A stretch of 64,000 nt of DNA from Fervidobacterium sp. Its GTDB lineage: Bacteria; Thermotogota; Thermotogae; Thermotogales; Fervidobacteriaceae. Below the pieces are notes generated by a model. It was not told the DNA's origin. It ran no database searches and saw only the letters and a program-made list of their open reading frames with translations. The position numbers were made by a program, and so were the translations under genes. Below, piece after piece: positions 42,046 through 50,954 of the stretch. Each line of letters begins with the position of its first letter. Positions within the stretch are counted from its first letter, which is position 1. The stretch is from contig JBMFNR010000001.1 in assembly GCA_049970055.1 (NCBI GenBank), positions 288,001 through 352,000 of the forward strand. Direction: 5' to 3'.

Positions 42046-42817
42046 CTTCATCACCTGCACCTAGGTAAGCTCTTATAACCTCTGGGTTCTTTTGTATTTC
42101 TTGAGGCGTTCCCTCTGCTATTGTTACACCGTGGTCAAGGACAATTATTCTTTCACAAATGTTCATGATGACTTTCATGTCATGCTCAATCACTATTATT
42201 GTTAACTTGTACTTCTCTCTAATTCTCAGAATGAGATTGTTCAACTCAAAAGTTTCATCCGGGTTCATTCCAGCAGCAGGTTCATCAAGTAGTAGTAACT
42301 TTGGATTAGTTGCAAGTGCTCGTGCTATTTCAAGTTTCCTTTGCAAACCATATGGCAAGGAACTGGACTTGTAATCTGATAGATGTTCAATTCCAACTTC
42401 TTTCATTAATTCATACGTTTTTTGCTGAATGTATTCCTCCTCTTTTTGATACTTTGGTAAGAACCCCACTGCTGTGAATAGGTCTGATTTTAAATGAGCA
42501 TGAAATGCGGTCATAATATTTTCTTTTACAGTCATATTTACGAAAAGTCTTATATTTTGAAATGTTCTAGCAATACCAAGTCTTATGATTTTATCAGTCG
42601 AGAGGTTTGTTATATCTTTACCCAGAAATTGTATCCTGCCTTCGCTCACAGGAGTAACATGGGTAATAAGGTTAAAGATCGTCGTTTTACCCGCACCATT
42701 CGGACCTATTAATCCTAAAAGCTCGCCATCTTTCAGATCGAGATTGAAATCAGAAACAGCAACCAAACCACCAAATCTTTTTGTAACATGCTCCATTTTC
42801 AGCACGGTGTTTTTCAT
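42038..42817 (-). CDS. livG: Branched-chain amino acid ABC transporter ATPase LivG
   Basis: FGGLVAV, GPNGAGKTT, ARTFQNIRLF, LPYGLQRKLEIARAL, DEPAAG. Confidence 0.95.
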   Translation of the reverse strand: MKNTVLKMEHVTKRFGGLVAVSDFNLDLKDGELLGLIGPNGAGKTTIFNLITHVTPVSEGRIQFLGKDITNLSTDKIIRLGIARTFQNIRLFVNMTVKENIMTAFHAHLKSDLFTAVGFLPKYQKEEEYIQQKTYELMKEVGIEHLSDYKSSSLPYGLQRKLEIARALATNPKLLLLDEPAAGMNPDETFELNNLILRIREKYKLTIIVIEHDMKVIMNICERIIVLDHGVTIAEGTPQEIQKNPEVIRAYLGAGDEDA

Positions 42818-43860
42818 TGCTTATTCACCTTCTTTTTGCTCAAAAGGCGAGCTAACCCTTCCCAACTAAATTCCCTTGTGCCAAATAGACCCTGCCTGAA
42901 GAATAATATTGTAATCATAAGTAATATCGAGAATATCAACATACGCATGCCAAGGATTCCGGGTATCTTTATTCCAAATATGTTCATTGGCATTTCAACA
43001 AATCTGAGAGCCTCCATCAAAAATGCAAATCCTATGGCAACTATAACACTACCGGTAATATTTCCAAGTCCACCAAGAAGTATTATGGTTATTATTTGGT
43101 ATGTGAAGAGAATACTAAAGGAATTTGGGTCAATAGTCATGAGTAAACTTCCAAGTAAGCCGCCAGCTATTCCAGCAAAAAATGCACCCACAACAAAGGC
43201 AAGAACTTTATGTTTGAACAAGTTTATACCAAGATTTTCTGCAGCTACTTCGTCGTCGCGTATTGCTTTTAAAGCCCTTCCATAAGAACTATCAACAATC
43301 CTCTTAATCACCACAACTGTAATTATTGCCCAACTAACCGTCCACCAAAGATTTGTATGAGTCGGCAAGCCCTTTAACCCAAGAGGACCGTTTGTAATAT
43401 TTTGAAGGTTATTAAAAAGCGATCTGATAATTTCAGAAAAACCGTACGTGACTATGGCAAGATAATCACCCTTAACTCTCAAACATGGTGCTCCAACTAT
43501 AAAACCAGCTAATGCTGCCATCAATCCACCAACAATAATGGCCCAGAAGAATGGTATCTGAATTTGGTCAAGAGGTGAGATTAGAGGCTCCATAAAGAAA
43601 TTTGATAATTTATTCTCAGGTGACATATAAAGCAAAGCTGATGTATAAGCTCCAATTGCCATGAAGCCAGCGTGACCAAGAGAGAACTGCCCTGTGAAAC
43701 CGTTAATAAGGTTTAAGCTAACCGCTAGGATAACGTATATAAATCCCGTGTTAAGTATCCTTTTTATGAATGGATCCATATACTTCTCAGCAAGACCTAC
43801 GAAAATGTATATTACAACTATGAAAAGAAGACTAAGTAAGATTCTTTTTTTTCTAATCAT
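42814..43860 (-). CDS. livM: Branched-chain amino acid ABC transporter permease LivM
   Basis: GFTGQFSLGHAGF.AIGAY, GDYLAIVT.GF.EI, GRALKAIRDDE. Confidence 0.94.
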   Translation of the reverse strand: MIRKKRILLSLLFIVVIYIFVGLAEKYMDPFIKRILNTGFIYVILAVSLNLINGFTGQFSLGHAGFMAIGAYTSALLYMSPENKLSNFFMEPLISPLDQIQIPFFWAIIVGGLMAALAGFIVGAPCLRVKGDYLAIVTYGFSEIIRSLFNNLQNITNGPLGLKGLPTHTNLWWTVSWAIITVVVIKRIVDSSYGRALKAIRDDEVAAENLGINLFKHKVLAFVVGAFFAGIAGGLLGSLLMTIDPNSFSILFTYQIITIILLGGLGNITGSVIVAIGFAFLMEALRFVEMPMNIFGIKIPGILGMRMLIFSILLMITILFFRQGLFGTREFSWEGLARLLSKKKVNKQ

Positions 43861-44750
43861 GCTTTTTCACCTGCCTCCTGACCAAAGAGGCCATTAGGTT
43901 TAAATATAAGCACAAGAACCAACAAGGCAAATATGAATGCTTCTCTGTACCCAGAATATTCTGGGAAAAATGCGGGTAAAAGAACAGTTAGCATTCCAAG
44001 TAAAAATCCTCCTATCAAGGCCCCCTTCAAACTACCAATACCACCAACAACAGCGGCAATAAAAGCTCGGCTGCCTGGATATTGACCCATGAATGGGAAT
44101 ATCTGAGGATAACGCAACGCCCAAAAAACGGCACTAACAGCGGCCAAAGCAGAACCGAGTGCAAATGTGAATGAAATGGTTTTATTAACATTTATTCCCA
44201 TGAGTCTCGCTGTGTCGAAGTCCCTTGAGAGTATTCGCATAGCAAGGCCTATTTTTGTCTTTTGTAAGATAAATGTTAACAAAATTACGAAGATAATCGA
44301 GAAGATTATTGTATAAATCGAAACTGCTTGCACCCGCACTTCACCGAAGATTAAGGTCTTTTTCATCAACTCAGGTACAGGAAAAGAGCGCTGTATTCCT
44401 CCAAACACAACTACAGCAAAGTTTTGGAGCAAAAAAGACATACCGATTGATGAAACAAGAGAATTAATTCTTGGGTATTTTCGAAGCGGCTTGTAAGCAA
44501 CTTTCTCTATTCCAACTCCAAGAAGTGATGTCAGCACTAAACCAATTATAACTGCACTTAGCCATGGTACTCCGAATATTAAAGAAGTATAAAACATAAA
44601 ATACGCAGCCATCATAAACACGTCACCATGAGCAAAATTAACAAGTTTAACAACGCCGTACACAAGAGCATAACCTACCGCGACAAGTCCAAAGACAAAC
44701 CCAAGAGAGATTGCATTGACCATATGCTGCATAAAAAGACTCCAATCCAT
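43857..44750 (-). CDS. livH: Branched-chain amino acid ABC transporter permease LivH
   Basis: GYALVYGV...NFAHGD, EKVAYKPLR, AFIAAVVGGIGS. Confidence 0.94.
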   Translation of the reverse strand: MDWSLFMQHMVNAISLGFVFGLVAVGYALVYGVVKLVNFAHGDVFMMAAYFMFYTSLIFGVPWLSAVIIGLVLTSLLGVGIEKVAYKPLRKYPRINSLVSSIGMSFLLQNFAVVVFGGIQRSFPVPELMKKTLIFGEVRVQAVSIYTIIFSIIFVILLTFILQKTKIGLAMRILSRDFDTARLMGINVNKTISFTFALGSALAAVSAVFWALRYPQIFPFMGQYPGSRAFIAAVVGGIGSLKGALIGGFLLGMLTVLLPAFFPEYSGYREAFIFALLVLVLIFKPNGLFGQEAGEKA

Positions 44751-44824
44751 TACAACACCTCCAACTATCAAATTAACTAGGTACTAAACCTCTGTATTTT
44801 CTCGTTTATTAGCTCTGGTTTTAT

Positions 44825-44862
44825 AAAGTGTGGACTGTGAAATCCTCCACAGCCCACACTTT
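44825..44862 (-). terminator. Hairpin between the SBP gene and livH (terminator or mRNA stabiliser)
   Basis: AAAGTGTGGACTGTG...CACAGCCCACACTTT. Confidence 0.6.
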
Positions 44863-44876
44863 GAAATGGTAAGGTA

Positions 44877-46004
44877 TTAATCTCCCTTAATTACCGTAAC
44901 AAATTCAAATTTTCCGTTCTTTATAGTCTTTATAACAGCATCCTTTATAGCATCTCTGTTTTGATCGAATTTGATTCTCCCAGAAACTCCCACATAATCT
45001 GTCGTAAGTAGCGCTCTTCTTATATCTTCTGGGTTATCAGACTTTGCTCTTTGAATCGCATCTATAAGTACCATGTATGCATCGTAAGCAAGAGCTGGCA
45101 GATAACCAGGATCTTCGTTGTATTTCTTTCTGTACTTTTCAACAAATGGTACTGTCTTGTCTGATAACTTTGCTTTTGCATCAAACATTGTACTGTAATA
45201 CGCTCCTTCAACCGCACTTCCTCCAATTTCGATAAGTTGAGGCAAATCCCATGTGTCGCCACCAAGTAAAGGTTGTTTAAGACCTAATTCCCTTGCTTGT
45301 TTCGCTATCAAGGCTGCATCACCAACTATACCTGCCGGTATGAATATAACATCTGGATTTGCTTTTTTAACGGCTGTAAGCTGGGCTGTGAAGTCTTGGT
45401 CACCGCCTTGGTACGCTATGTATGTAACAACTGCTTTCGGATTCCCCGTGAGTTTTACAAATGCATCTCTGAAATAGTATGCAAGACCAACAGAATAGTC
45501 GTTTGAAACGTCGTATATTACTGCCGCCGTTTTTGCTTTCAAATATTGTACAGCAAATTTGGCCATAACCGTTCCTTGGAATGGATCGATGAAACATACC
45601 CTGAAAACATATGGTTTATCTTTTGTAACGAGAGGATTCGTGTTGGACGGAGCTATGTATACAACTTTATTTTTGTTCGCAATCTCTGCACCAGGAATAC
45701 CCAAAGCGCTTGAGTACGTCCCAAGAATAGCGGAAACTTTATACTGCTCGATGAGCCTTGTTACAACGTTTGCGGCCTCGATTTTATCGCTTTTGTTATC
45801 TAAAGTGATTAGTTTAATAGGTTTACCAAGGACACTTGGTACCTCCTCATAGGCCATTTCAATGCCTCTCAATCCGAGTTGACCGCCCATTGCGTAGTTT
45901 CCAGTTAATGGCTGTGTCACCCCAATCACAATTTCATTTGCTGCAAAGAGTGCTGATACCGAAAAAAGTAGTAAAATAACAACAAAATACATCTGTTTTT
46001 TCAT
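44877..46004 (-). CDS. Branched-chain amino acid ABC transporter substrate-binding protein (LivJ/LivK family), copy 2
   Basis: Signal peptide, PLTG, TNPLVT..KPYVFRVCFIDPFQG, DFTAQLT. Confidence 0.93.
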   Translation of the reverse strand: MKKQMYFVVILLLFSVSALFAANEIVIGVTQPLTGNYAMGGQLGLRGIEMAYEEVPSVLGKPIKLITLDNKSDKIEAANVVTRLIEQYKVSAILGTYSSALGIPGAEIANKNKVVYIAPSNTNPLVTKDKPYVFRVCFIDPFQGTVMAKFAVQYLKAKTAAVIYDVSNDYSVGLAYYFRDAFVKLTGNPKAVVTYIAYQGGDQDFTAQLTAVKKANPDVIFIPAGIVGDAALIAKQARELGLKQPLLGGDTWDLPQLIEIGGSAVEGAYYSTMFDAKAKLSDKTVPFVEKYRKKYNEDPGYLPALAYDAYMVLIDAIQRAKSDNPEDIRRALLTTDYVGVSGRIKFDQNRDAIKDAVIKTIKNGKFEFVTVIKGD

Positions 46005-46056
46005 ACATTTTTCACCCCTTTATCAAAGTTTTTTATTTCATTATCTACGGTCGTAT

Positions 46057-47169
46057 TTACGGTTTGACAACTGTAACAAATTTAAATTCACCTTTTTCAA
46101 TTTTCTTCACAATAGCGTCCTTAATTGCGTCTCCATTTTCGTCCAGCGTAATTACACCTGTAGCCCCTTGGAACCCTTTTGTTACTGTCAATGCATTTTT
46201 GATGTCCTCCGGTTTCCAAGAATTTGCTCTTTTAATTGCATCAAGGATAAGCAAATATGCATCAAAGCCGAGCGCTGCGAATGCGTTTGGATCTTGGTTA
46301 TATTTCTTTCGATAAGCGTCGATAAATTTCTTAGTCATTTCTGTTGTCATCGCCTTTTCATCGAAATGCGTGCTAAAATATGCCCCTTCAGCTGCATCTC
46401 CAGCGACATCTATAATTTCAGGTACTTCCCACGTGTCCCCACCTAGGAAAATGGACTTAATACCTATTTCTCGCGCCTGTTTCATTATAAGTGCCGCATC
46501 ACCATAAGAACCAGCAGGTATGAATAGAACATCTGGATTTTTTGCTTTTGCAAGTGTGAGTTGAGCTGTGAAATCTTGGTCTCCACCTTGGTATGAAGCG
46601 AGACCAACCACAGATTTGCTGTTACCAGTGAACTCTATGAAAGCGTTTCTGAAGTAATGCGCAAGTCCAACTGAGTAGTCAGAAGAAATGTCTTGTATTA
46701 TGAAAGCGGTCTTTGCTTTCAACGTCTCAACTGCGAATTTTGCCATAACTCTACCTTGGAATGGATCGATGAAGCATACCCTGAAAACATATGGTTTGTC
46801 TTTTGTCACAAGAGGGTTAGTTGGAGAACACCCCACCATAGGTACCTTCATTTTGTTTGCTACTTCGCTTCCAGGTATAGCCAGCGAGCTACCATAGCTC
46901 CCTATAATCGCACTGACGTTGTATACCTGAATAAGACGTGTAACAGCATTCGCTGCTTCGACCTTGTCCGTTTTGTTGTCCAAGATAATCAGATCTACCT
47001 TTTGACCTAGGACATTTGGATAGAGTTCGTTTGCAAGTTTGATACCATTGACTGTTAGTTGTCCTCCGGCTGCGAATGCACCAGTTAGTGGTTCAAAAAC
47101 ACCTATCCTAATAGCCGAAAAGCTGAGTGTGACCATCAGTAGAAACACTATCAATAGATACTTCTTCAC
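46057..47169 (-). CDS. Branched-chain amino acid ABC transporter substrate-binding protein (LivJ/LivK family), copy 1
   Basis: Same motifs as the adjacent paralogue; GGGAGG RBS with GTG start. Confidence 0.93.
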   Translation of the reverse strand: MKKYLLIVFLLMVTLSFSAIRIGVFEPLTGAFAAGGQLTVNGIKLANELYPNVLGQKVDLIILDNKTDKVEAANAVTRLIQVYNVSAIIGSYGSSLAIPGSEVANKMKVPMVGCSPTNPLVTKDKPYVFRVCFIDPFQGRVMAKFAVETLKAKTAFIIQDISSDYSVGLAHYFRNAFIEFTGNSKSVVGLASYQGGDQDFTAQLTLAKAKNPDVLFIPAGSYGDAALIMKQAREIGIKSIFLGGDTWEVPEIIDVAGDAAEGAYFSTHFDEKAMTTEMTKKFIDAYRKKYNQDPNAFAALGFDAYLLILDAIKRANSWKPEDIKNALTVTKGFQGATGVITLDENGDAIKDAIVKKIEKGEFKFVTVVKP

Positions 47170-47598
47170 AGCGATCCCTCCCTTACCAAAAGTGTACTGC
47201 GCTAAGTAAAATAAACACTTAGAGAATTTTACAATGGGGACAATTTTTTTCGAATAACTATATCTTTCAAAACAGGGAAAAGTGTGTTTTTAAAGTTTTT
47301 TATTTGTAATAATGTGGAAGTTTTTTTAAATTTTATAACACACAATTCATTATTTCCAAGTGCATTTTTTAGTATTTTTTAGTAATTAAACCCTTTAATA
47401 AATGAATGTTTGCTTAGTACGGATACTATAGTATGATTTTCTCGTCATTTCATCTAATGTTATGTTTTAAAACGAAAAATCAACATAAGTAAGGTATTAT
47501 CAAATTTTGTCGGACAAGATTTGAATGTCGACAAAAAGTTGTGATATAATATACAAAAATTTAAGTTAATTCAAGTTACGGGTTTGGGAGTGGAGTGA

Positions 47599-48850
47599 AT
47601 GACGGAAGCGGAAGTTGTGTCCTTACTTGAAAATATGAAGAAAGCATCTCATCTTTTGTCAACACTGAACACTGAAACAAAGGACAATGTTATCTTATCA
47701 ATAGCTGAACAGCTTGATGTAATGCAAAATGAGATCTTGATTTAAAGTGAAAAAGATGTCAAGTTTGGCGATTGATTAAGGAGTAAAAAAATCCTTAATT
47801 GATAGACTAATTTTAAATGAAAAGTGGATCGATGAAATGATTTTAGTCTACGAGGTCGTTTCAAAGCTAAAAGATTTCGTAGGTGAAGTTGTTGATTTGT
47901 ACGTTAGAGGCGATGGCCTAACGATTTACAAAATCAGGGTGCCCATAGGTCCAATAGCTGTGATTTATGAATTACGACTAAATGTGACTGTAGAAGCTAC
48001 TGTTCTTGCGTTAAAATCAGGGAGCGCCATATTGTTAAAGGGAGGCTCAGATGCTATTAATTCAAACAAGGCTATAATCAAGGCTATAAATGGAGCATTG
48101 ATAAAAAACTCTTTACCTGAGAATTCTGTTGATCTTGTTGAATCTTCTGATAGAGCTGTTGTTGATATAATAATCAAGCAAAAAGATTTTATTGATTTGG
48201 TAGTGCCCCGTGGATGGAAGCCTTTGATAGATTACATAGTAAAAAACTCAACTGTTCCAGTTTTGGAAACAGATGCCGGTCTATGCCATATCTTTGTTGA
48301 CGAAAGTGCAAATATAGAAAAATTTCTTGAGGTTGTCGACAACGCGAAGACACAAAGGTCAGGAACTTGCAATGCTGTTGAAACCTTACTGGTACACGAA
48401 AATGTAACAGAAGTCTTTTTACCCAAATTGAAGGAGGTTTTCTAAAGAAAAGGTGTCAAGATAAGGAGTTGCGAAAGAACAAGACAGATTATCGAGTGCA
48501 AACCCGCCACAGAAGATGACTGGGGCACTGAATATCTCGATTTAATTATCTCAGTGAAGATTGTAAGTTCAATGGAGGAAGCTATAAGTCACATTAGAAA
48601 ATATTTTGCAGGTCATTCCGAAGCAATATTAACGGAAAACTACACGAACGCCATGAAGTTTTTTAAATCTATCGATTCTATGACGGTGTACGTCAATGCT
48701 TCAACAAGATTTACTGATGGTGGGCAGTTTGGAATGGGAGCAGAACTTGGTATTAGCACGCAAAAACTGCAGGCACGGGGTACTGTCGGACTTCGAGAGC
48801 TAACAAGTACGAAATTCATCGTGTTTGGCAACCACCACATTAGAAAGTAA
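47599..48850 (+). pseudogene. proA: Gamma-glutamyl phosphate reductase pseudogene
   Basis: ATG 47599; TAA at 47743-45; frameshift ~47780; TAA at 48443-45 with in-frame continuation; motifs RVPIG...[48 protein letters not shown]. Confidence 0.93.
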
Positions 48851-48881
48851 CAGTATATATGTTGAACGGAGGAAAGGAACA

Positions 48882-49597
48882 ATGGCAAAAATAGTAATTA
48901 AGGTGGGCAGCATTTTATTGGTTGGTAAAGATGGCGTAAGGAAAGATTACATTATAGAACTTGTTTCTACTGTCTCTAAACTTATTAACAATAACCACAA
49001 AGTTGCACTTGTAGCTTCTGGTGCCACAGCGAATAGTGTGTTAGATGAAAATGGTGATGTTATAAAAGAATATGGGCTTAAAGAATCAAAACCAATTTTA
49101 GCAAAAATAAGCAAAACTTCTTTTGGGACGGGTGGTATTGATTGAAAGATACAAGCAGGTATAATGGCATCTGAAAGCGGTGTAGATACATATATAATAA
49201 ATGGTAAAAAATTGGAAAACGTAATGAAAGTTCTAACTGGGGAAAATCCGGGAATAAAGTTTATATTACCTCATCAAAAAGGCTTTCCAAGAAGCTCTCT
49301 TGGTAAAAATATCTGAGTAAGTCCAAGGGTAAATCATACATCAATGATGGAGCGTATAATGCTATACTTAAAAGGAAAAGTTTTCTCCCTGTTGGTATAA
49401 CCAAAGTGGAAGGTAACTTCAACAGAGGAGAAGTGGTACTTATACTTTACAATGGTAAAATAGTTGGAAGAGGGATCAGTAACTACTCAAATGAAGAATT
49501 ATAAAAAGTTAAAGGTCTGAGAACTGCTGAGATACCGCCAGATTTATTGTACTATGAAAAAGTTATACATGCGGATAATTTAGTTTTGGAGGGTTAA
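48882..49597 (+). pseudogene. proB: Glutamate 5-kinase pseudogene (large internal deletion, stops, frameshift)
   Basis: IVIKVGS...VASGA joined directly to ..VLDENG..FGTGG; TGA at 49143-45; PUA domain LPVGITKVEGNFNRGE..GRGISNYS with an internal TAA; ends VIHADNLV. Confidence 0.9.
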
Positions 49598-49599
49598 CC

Positions 49600-50383
49600 A
49601 TGCGACTAGGCATCGTTAGTGTTGGGAACATTGGAAGCATGATACATGAGGTGTTAAACAAAAATGTCGAGCGTGAATTTTTTATATTTAACAGATCTAA
49701 TGATAAAATAAGAAAATACGAAGGTTTAGAAAATGTTAAGGTATGTTCATCTGTGCGGGAAGGTTTATGAATCTTCCGATTTTAAGTTTCTGTATGTAAA
49801 GCCACAGCAGACAAGTGCTGTTGAGCTTTCAAAGATTCAAGAAGTGGGTATCTTAGTAAGTACTGCCGCTGGAAAAAGTATCAAAGACATATCGTTGGCG
49901 ACTAATAAAGCTCGCGTGATAAGAATAATGCCTACGATCACTTCCAGAATTTCAATTGGTATAACTGCGGTATGCTATTCAGATACGATAAGTGAAAAAG
50001 AACGACATTTATTTGAAGAAGCTATGAAACCGCTTAGGGAACTTATGGAGCTTGAAGAGAAGAATTTTGATGCATTTACTGTTTTAAATAGTAGTGGTCC
50101 TGCATTTGTAGCGTTCGTACTCGAGAGTTTCATCAAGGGGGCAAATAAATATCGGCGTTAACCCAGATTACGCGAGGGATATTGTTTTAAGGACTTTTGA
50201 GGGGTCAATAAAGTTACTAGAACACATAAATATGGAGCCATCAAGACTGAAATATCTCGTTTTATCTCCAGGTGATGTGACGATACGTGGCCTTTACGAA
50301 CTTGAGAAAAATGGCGTCCAAGGTGCTGTCATGTCTGCCATTTATGAAGCGTTTAAAAAGCCAGGAATTATGAGAAATTGTGA
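49600..50383 (+). pseudogene. proC: Pyrroline-5-carboxylate reductase pseudogene (several frameshifts)
   Basis: MRLGIVSVGNIG start; frameshift ~49760; VKPQ, STAAG, RIMPT, SSGPAFV; frameshift ~50140; SPGDVTIRGL; a further shift in the A-run ~50355 would restore the end KKARNYEKL*. Confidence 0.9.
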
Positions 50384-50404
50384 GGAAGAGGAACTGAAGT
50401 TAAC

Positions 50405-50438
50405 ATCCCCCGCAATTCAATGCGGGGGATTTTTGTTT
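50405..50438. repeat. 34-bp direct repeat copy 2; also a terminator hairpin
   Basis: ATCCCCCGCAATTCAATGCGGGGGATTTTTGTTT, identical to 41287..41320; abuts the ferritin-like gene stop codon. Confidence 0.92.
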
Positions 50439-50921
50439 TCAAAATGGATAAAAGCCTAATTCGAGGTGATTTTTCTCGATGAGATAACTTATTTGTTCTT
50501 CTATTATTTTTTTGTGACCTTCTTCCCACTTTTCTAATGTTGTCAAGATTTCTTTCACTTTTTCATTTTTTTCATTCGATGCAGCCTTTGCGTAAAATTC
50601 CATAAAATCTTTCTCTATTAAGTATGCCATTCTTAGTACTGATATATCAGCGATATCATCTTCCATAGTTGTCTCTGAAACTTTTTGCCCTTCGTATCGA
50701 TCTTTAAAGAACTTTACATCCTGAGTTGGTGGCTGTATTTCCTTACCTTCTTGCAATAACTTCATAAGATTTCTGATAAATTCTGTATGTTCTTTTTCCA
50801 TCTGGGCAAGATATTCAAATATATCGGCTACGGTTTTATTCTTTACCTCGTTCTTCTTCTGAGTATAAAATTTGTATCCCTCGATCTCAAAATTTTCCGC
50901 TAATTTCAATACATCGTACAT
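50439..50921 (-). CDS. Ferritin-like / rubrerythrin-family diiron protein
   Basis: E..GY.FY, EKEH, E.DF..FY, EEGH (two ExxH motifs). Confidence 0.88.
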   Translation of the reverse strand: MYDVLKLAENFEIEGYKFYTQKKNEVKNKTVADIFEYLAQMEKEHTEFIRNLMKLLQEGKEIQPPTQDVKFFKDRYEGQKVSETTMEDDIADISVLRMAYLIEKDFMEFYAKAASNEKNEKVKEILTTLEKWEEGHKKIIEEQISYLIEKNHLELGFYPF

Positions 50922-50954
50922 ATAATCACCTCCTAATTGGTAGTTGTAATGAAC

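Noticed and set aside
47599..50383. Programmed frameshifting or phase variation of proABC
   Set aside because: Too many independent lesions, including nonsense codons and a large deletion.
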